Of a stretch of 55,980 bases of DNA, positions 51,228 to 55,980 are shown piece by piece. The stretch comes from Prorocentrum cordatum (Eukaryota). The notes beneath the pieces were generated by a model. The model was not told the origin of the DNA. It made no database searches and saw only the letters and a list, made by a program, of their open reading frames with translations. The position numbers and the translations under genes were made by a program. The stretch covers positions 62,001 through 117,980 of the forward strand of contig CAUYUJ010000119.1 of the NCBI GenBank assembly GCA_963575745.1. The letters are read 5' to 3'. Position 1 is the first letter of the stretch; every line of letters starts with the position of its first letter.

Positions 51228-51312
51228 TTCGTCGTCGTCGTTGTCGTTCGGGTTCGTCGTCGTCGTCGTTCGGGTTCGTCGTCGTGGTCGTCTTTCGTCT
51301 TCGTCGTCGTTG
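50595..51312. repeat. (ACC)n/(CCATCA)n, A16, (GAC)n and (GTC)n tracts
   Basis: Direct reading. Confidence 0.9.
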
Positions 51313-52559
51313 GAGACGGCATATGCTGATGATGGGGAGGAGAGGGAGGCGGCGGAGGAGGTCTGGAAAACCTCCCTCGGGCTTGTTTTGCATTCCAAAT
51401 TCTTGCCTGTCAGCCGCAGGGCCCGCTGAGGGTCCTCGGAAGCCCCGAAGGTGGTCCAAGACCAGTCGCCCCAATGTTCGTCGGAGCCTCGGGCCTCCGG
51501 GAGGGCCGCTTCGCAAAGTATTCAAAGGGCGCCTGCCCAGCTCGCGAGTGCCTGCCTTACCACTGTAACCAGGGGTGCCCCTGTCGCCAGTGCCGCCTTC
51601 TTGACATGCGCCTGTTTTCGTCTCCGTTGTCGCACGACTACTTTCGGCTTCTATTCCGTACGCGCGGCGGCAAGCATTAGTTTGGAAACGAATGCTCCTC
51701 ACGCTGGCGCGCCCTAGCCCTAAGCCTTGAGAAACTGGCGCCACGGGTCGAGCAAGACTCACTACGTCGGAGGGCGTCCAGGAGCTCTGGGAGGATCGAG
51801 CGACGTAGTCTGCAGGCGTTTCTGGCCCCGTGGTTGGGCTTCCATGCGGGCCTCCCGTGGACCTCTCTGCGGGAGGCTCCTGGCTTCTTCCGCGGCCGGC
51901 TCGGAAAAAGAGCCGACGCCCCTCCATCCGACTACGGGGACGTGGCGCGGAGAGGAGGAGGCGGAGGCGGAGGAGGAGGAGGAGGAGGAGGGGGAGGAGG
52001 AGGAGGTGTTTAGATTGTAACCTTCCGACTGGGTGAGCAGGATAGGCCATCTGCCAGAATTGTGGTTCAGGAATTCCAGTCGTGCGTGCTAGTTGTGGGC
52101 CGCAATTTTTTTCGTTCAAGAGCTATCGCTCTCTCGTAAAACAACTTTTGCCACATTTTCACGTTAGCAGAGCTCGTGTCGCGCCCTGGGAGTTCCAGAG
52201 CAGAGATGGTCGCGGCGGCAGTTGCAGCTGCCCCCCGGGAACCCCAGAACCAACGATCCAGGTCATGATGTGTCCTTACCTGAAGTACGCGAAGCGTGGT
52301 GCAATTTGGGGACGAACCAGTTCTCGGATCTGTGGAAAGCAGTCTATGAGAATGGGGACTTCAGGTACGTGAGCACGGCGCTCGAAGCCAATCGCGAAGG
52401 CATGAAGCTATTCTCCGAGCGCAGTGCCACACAGGGCACCAGGACTGTGGGCAACGACGAAGCATTCACTATGTTGCAGATAAGCTGCACAATGAATTAA
52501 TTGTCTCTTGATGTCAGTCATCAGCCGCACCGTGTAGTGCGAGGAACAGTTCAATAGCT

Positions 52560-54000
52560 TGAAGGATTACGTGAGGAATGAATTCCAACATCAAGCGAAC
52601 ACATCGGAACACGGTTCCAAAATCGGTGAGGTATTACAGTTCGCAGGAAGCCGGTAGGGCTGGTGGAGGTGGAGAGGCCCGTGGGTGCATACAAGGTGGG
52701 TCAGCAGTTTCAAAACGTGGTCAGGCAACAGGACCAGATTCAGACAATGGAGCGAAAAACTGTTGAATGCACTCGCCAAGTGAAGCACGGTTTCCGGAAG
52801 GCGCCCAAGAACTTGACCAATAAATTCGAAACCATGGATGGGGCTCCCCTGGAGGACGAAGAGGGCAATCCGATCAATATCCTGAACGGAATGTTCACAC
52901 TGAGCGAGTGCATCGAAGCATCGGAGCGCAAACTGAGGGAATACGTCAAGAAGGGGCAATCTGAGTTTGATGCAGACGGCCATTCCAGTTTGGACGACGA
53001 CCTCTGGAATTTGGCAAACGACAAACTAGGGGGAACAGGGCCCTGGGGGAAGCGAAAGGTTCGCAAGAAGGAGATGGTTTAGTGGCCTATCAACAAGAAA
53101 TTTACAACAGGTGCTTTGCGGTTGCCGAGGTTACTCTTTCGCGCGAGATGTACTAGGCCTTGCGCCCCGAGAAGCCGAGGAGGCTGTGCAGCTTGAACAG
53201 TGGAGTGCGTGAGTAGAATCACTGAAAAGTATAGGTCCGCCCATTTTTTTGCCGCGGCCTTCAGGGCTGCAGCCTTGAGAACCATTATTATCCACGCCGG
53301 TGATTGGTTTGATGGCTGGCCGCTAGATTGCTTTGCAGCTCCAGAGTCGTTGAACATCGGCATGCACCAAAGTCTTTTCGTCAAGTGCGAGGATTGGGCA
53401 AGGGAGACAGCTTTAGACGCGGACGCGAAGAACACGGATGCGATGGGCACTGACCAGACGAATTCTGCCGACAGTTGATATTCGAAGGACAATGGAGACG
53501 ACGCGGGTTTCTACGACGAGGTCGGTAATTGGTGGCCTTGGACTGTGGGCGAGATGGCAGAGAACGACAACACGAAGGAAGTTAGCAATGGAAAGGGTAA
53601 CGGCCAAGGACGCATGACGTGCTACAGGTGTAGAAGGCGCGGGCACACGGCCAAGGATCGCACCACTACAGGAGCCGTTTAAGGAAACGGGGGCGGGCAG
53701 GGATGATGCAAAGGGTTCAGCGTCCACCGGGGAGCGCGGGCAAGGGATTGCAGGGGGGGATATGAAGGCGCCAAGGGCTAACCGGGGAGTCGCGCAAAGG
53801 GAGGCCACAGAGGGGTTCACCAGGAGGTTGCCAAGGGAGCCAAACCCCAGGCTGGAAAGGAAGAGGAGGAGGTGAGGAAGGATTTGCGCCGATTCTTGAG
53901 TGGGGGCGTTGCGCGTGCGGCGAGAGAGGCCGCGTGGCACTTCCGCTGCGCCGAGACACCAATGAGGTTACTCCAGATCAGAGGGGGGCAAGAAGCCCAG
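52560..54000 (+). pseudogene. Decayed Gag-like ORF of an LTR-type retroelement
   Basis: FRQWSEKLLNAL...LDDDLWNLANDKL...GDGLVAY, then Gly/Lys-rich linkers. Knuckle TCYRCRRRGHTAKDR at ~53618-53662 (last C is R); a second degraded knuckle at ~53910-53950. Confidence 0.55.
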
Positions 54001-54528
54001 GAGAGCCCGCGCAGATGTCAGGGCAAACCTTTTCCTGGGCTGGGGTGCTACGGCGTCGAGATGGGCGGAGTTGCCGACGAGCGCAGAGGCGATGACGAGC
54101 CCGGGGCGCTGGAGCCACCTGGGGGGGCGCAGGAATGGGGGGGGGGGGCAGCGCCGGGTGACGAAGGGGAGGAACTGGGAAGCCAAGTTAGGGGTCAAGA
54201 TGGAAGCCTGTGCTGCAGTTGCGTGGCGTTCAACAGTGGCGCCGTCTGGGGCAGCGGGCTTTCGGAGTGTATCGAGCAAGAGAAACGCCGGATGCAAAAA
54301 TATACCGAGGTACAGATAGTCGAGATGGAAGGCCCCGAGAAGGAAGTCAATGGGGTACCAGTGAGGGAGGGGCCAGGAAAGCGGTGGTTGCCGTGGGTTC
54401 AGGGGCCGCAGCGCTCCTGGGGCCCCGAATGAAGGGTGTGATTTTGCATGCCCGAAGTGCGGCCCTCCGCACTCCTTTCATCTGGATTGTTTTCCCGGCG
54501 GAGCCGGGTGAAATTCCGTGCCCGCCGG

Positions 54529-54580
54529 TGACTGGCTGACTGATTGACTGACTGATTGACTGACTGATTGACTGACTGAA
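54529..54580. repeat. (ACTG/ATTG)n microsatellite
   Basis: Direct reading. Confidence 0.9.
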
Positions 54581-54599
54581 CGTCAGGAGGGCACCTTGA

Positions 54600-55860
54600 A
54601 CAACGCATTTCAACCCGCCCGCGGGCGCGCAACCGCAACTGGGCGACGCATTTCGACCCGTCCGCGGGCGCGCAACCGCAACCGCAACTGGGCGACGCAT
54701 TTCAACCCGCCCGCGGGCGCGCAACCGCAACTGGGCGACGCATGTCAACCCACCCGCGGGCGCGCAACCGCAACTGGGCGACGCATGTCAACCCGCCCGC
54801 GGGCGCGCAACCGCAGCCGCAACTGGGCGACACATTTCGACCCGCCCGCGGGCGCGCAACCGCAGCCGCAACTGGGCGACACATTCGACCCGCCCGCGGG
54901 CGCGCAACCGCAAACGCACCTGAGCGACACATTTCAAATCGTACGCGGGCGCGCAAGCGCAAACTGGGCGACGCGTTTCACTCCGCCCGCGGGCGCGCAA
55001 CCGCAACCGCAACTGGGCACCGCATTTCGACCCGCCCGCGGGCGCGCAACAGCAACCGCAACTGGGCGACGCATTTCGACCCGCCCGCGGGCGCGCAACC
55101 GCAAGCGCACCTGGGCGCCACATTTCGACCCGCCCGCGGGCGCGCAACCGCACCAGAGCGACGCATTTCAAACCGTACGCGGGCGCGCAAGCGCAACTGG
55201 GCGACGCATTTCACCCCGCCCGCGGGCGCGCAACCGCAACTGCAACTGGGCGACGCATGTCAACCCGCCCGAGGGCGCGCAACAGCAACCGCAACTGCGC
55301 GACACATTGCGACCCGCCCGCGGGCGCGCGACCGCAACCGCACCTGGGCGCCACATTTCGACCCGCCCGCGGGCGCGCAACCGCAAACGGGGCGACGCAT
55401 TTCGACCCCCCGCGGGCGCGCAACCGCAACCGCAACTGCGCGACACATTACGACCCGCCCGCGGGCGCGCGACCGGAACCGCAACTGGGCGATGCATTTC
55501 AACCCGCCCGCGGGCGCGCAACCGCAACCGTACGACCCGCCCGCGGGCGCGCGACCGCAACCGCATCTGGGCGACGCATTTCAACCCGCCCGCGGGCGCG
55601 CAACCGCAACCGCACCTGGGCGACGCATTTCAACCCGCCCGCCGGCGCGTAAATACAGGCAACTGCACGACGCATTTCGACCCGCCCGTGGGCGCGCAAC
55701 CGCAACCCCAACTGGGCGACGCATTTCAACCCGTCCGCGGGCGCGCAACCGCAACCGCACCTGGGCGGCACATTTCAACCCGCCCGCGGGCGCGCAACCG
55801 CAACCCCAACTGGGCGACGCAGTGCAAACCGCCTGCGGGCGCGCAACTGCAACCGCACCG
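54600..55860. repeat. 42-48-bp minisatellite (CTGGGCGACGCATTTCAACCCGCCCGCGGGCGCG[CAACCG]1-2CAA), about 27 units
   Basis: Contiguous units with a variable 6-bp subrepeat and no unique spacers. Confidence 0.95.
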
Positions 55861-55980
55861 CTCACCTGCCGCCCTCCTCCAGGGGATCTGAGGCGGAGGA
55901 AGGGTGGGAGGGAGGTGGGAGGGAGGGGGGGGGAGGAGGGAGGCGGGAGGGAGGAGGGGGGGAGAGGAGACGGAGGGAGG

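Noticed and set aside
54600..55860. Palindromic 42-48-bp repeat as CRISPR, or the 431-aa ORF as a gene
   Set aside because: No spacers; the ORF simply cycles through repeat phases.

Overview
GC-rich, repeat-saturated eukaryotic DNA, most likely from a dinoflagellate (inferred from composition, retroelement types and possible spliced-leader relics). No intact host gene is recognisable. Most long ORFs in the track are translations of (AGG)n, (GAT/GCT)n or (GAC)n microsatellites. The real content is mobile DNA. (1) A near-complete CRE/SLACS-type non-LTR retrotransposon (~16978-21532, +) with a 5' 84-bp tandem array, an N-terminal PARP-type zinc finger, RT, CCHC knuckle and restriction-like endonuclease. 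(2) Two decayed APE-RT LINEs (3790-8125 and 22095-27490, both -). (3) A 5'-truncated RT-RNase H LINE with a poly(A) tail (46029-48720, -). (4) PIF1-helicase and Gag-like pseudogene fragments. (5) Several MITE families, one copy nested in another. (6) Many mini- and microsatellites. The 22-27 kb LINE works as an insertion trap: removing three younger inserts rejoins adjacent LINE coding segments. The inserts are a satellite-carrying TIR element with an 8-bp TSD, a pure ~310-bp (AGG)n tract, and a 216-bp insert whose inverted ends are (AGG)n/(CCT)n, with a 5-bp TSD.
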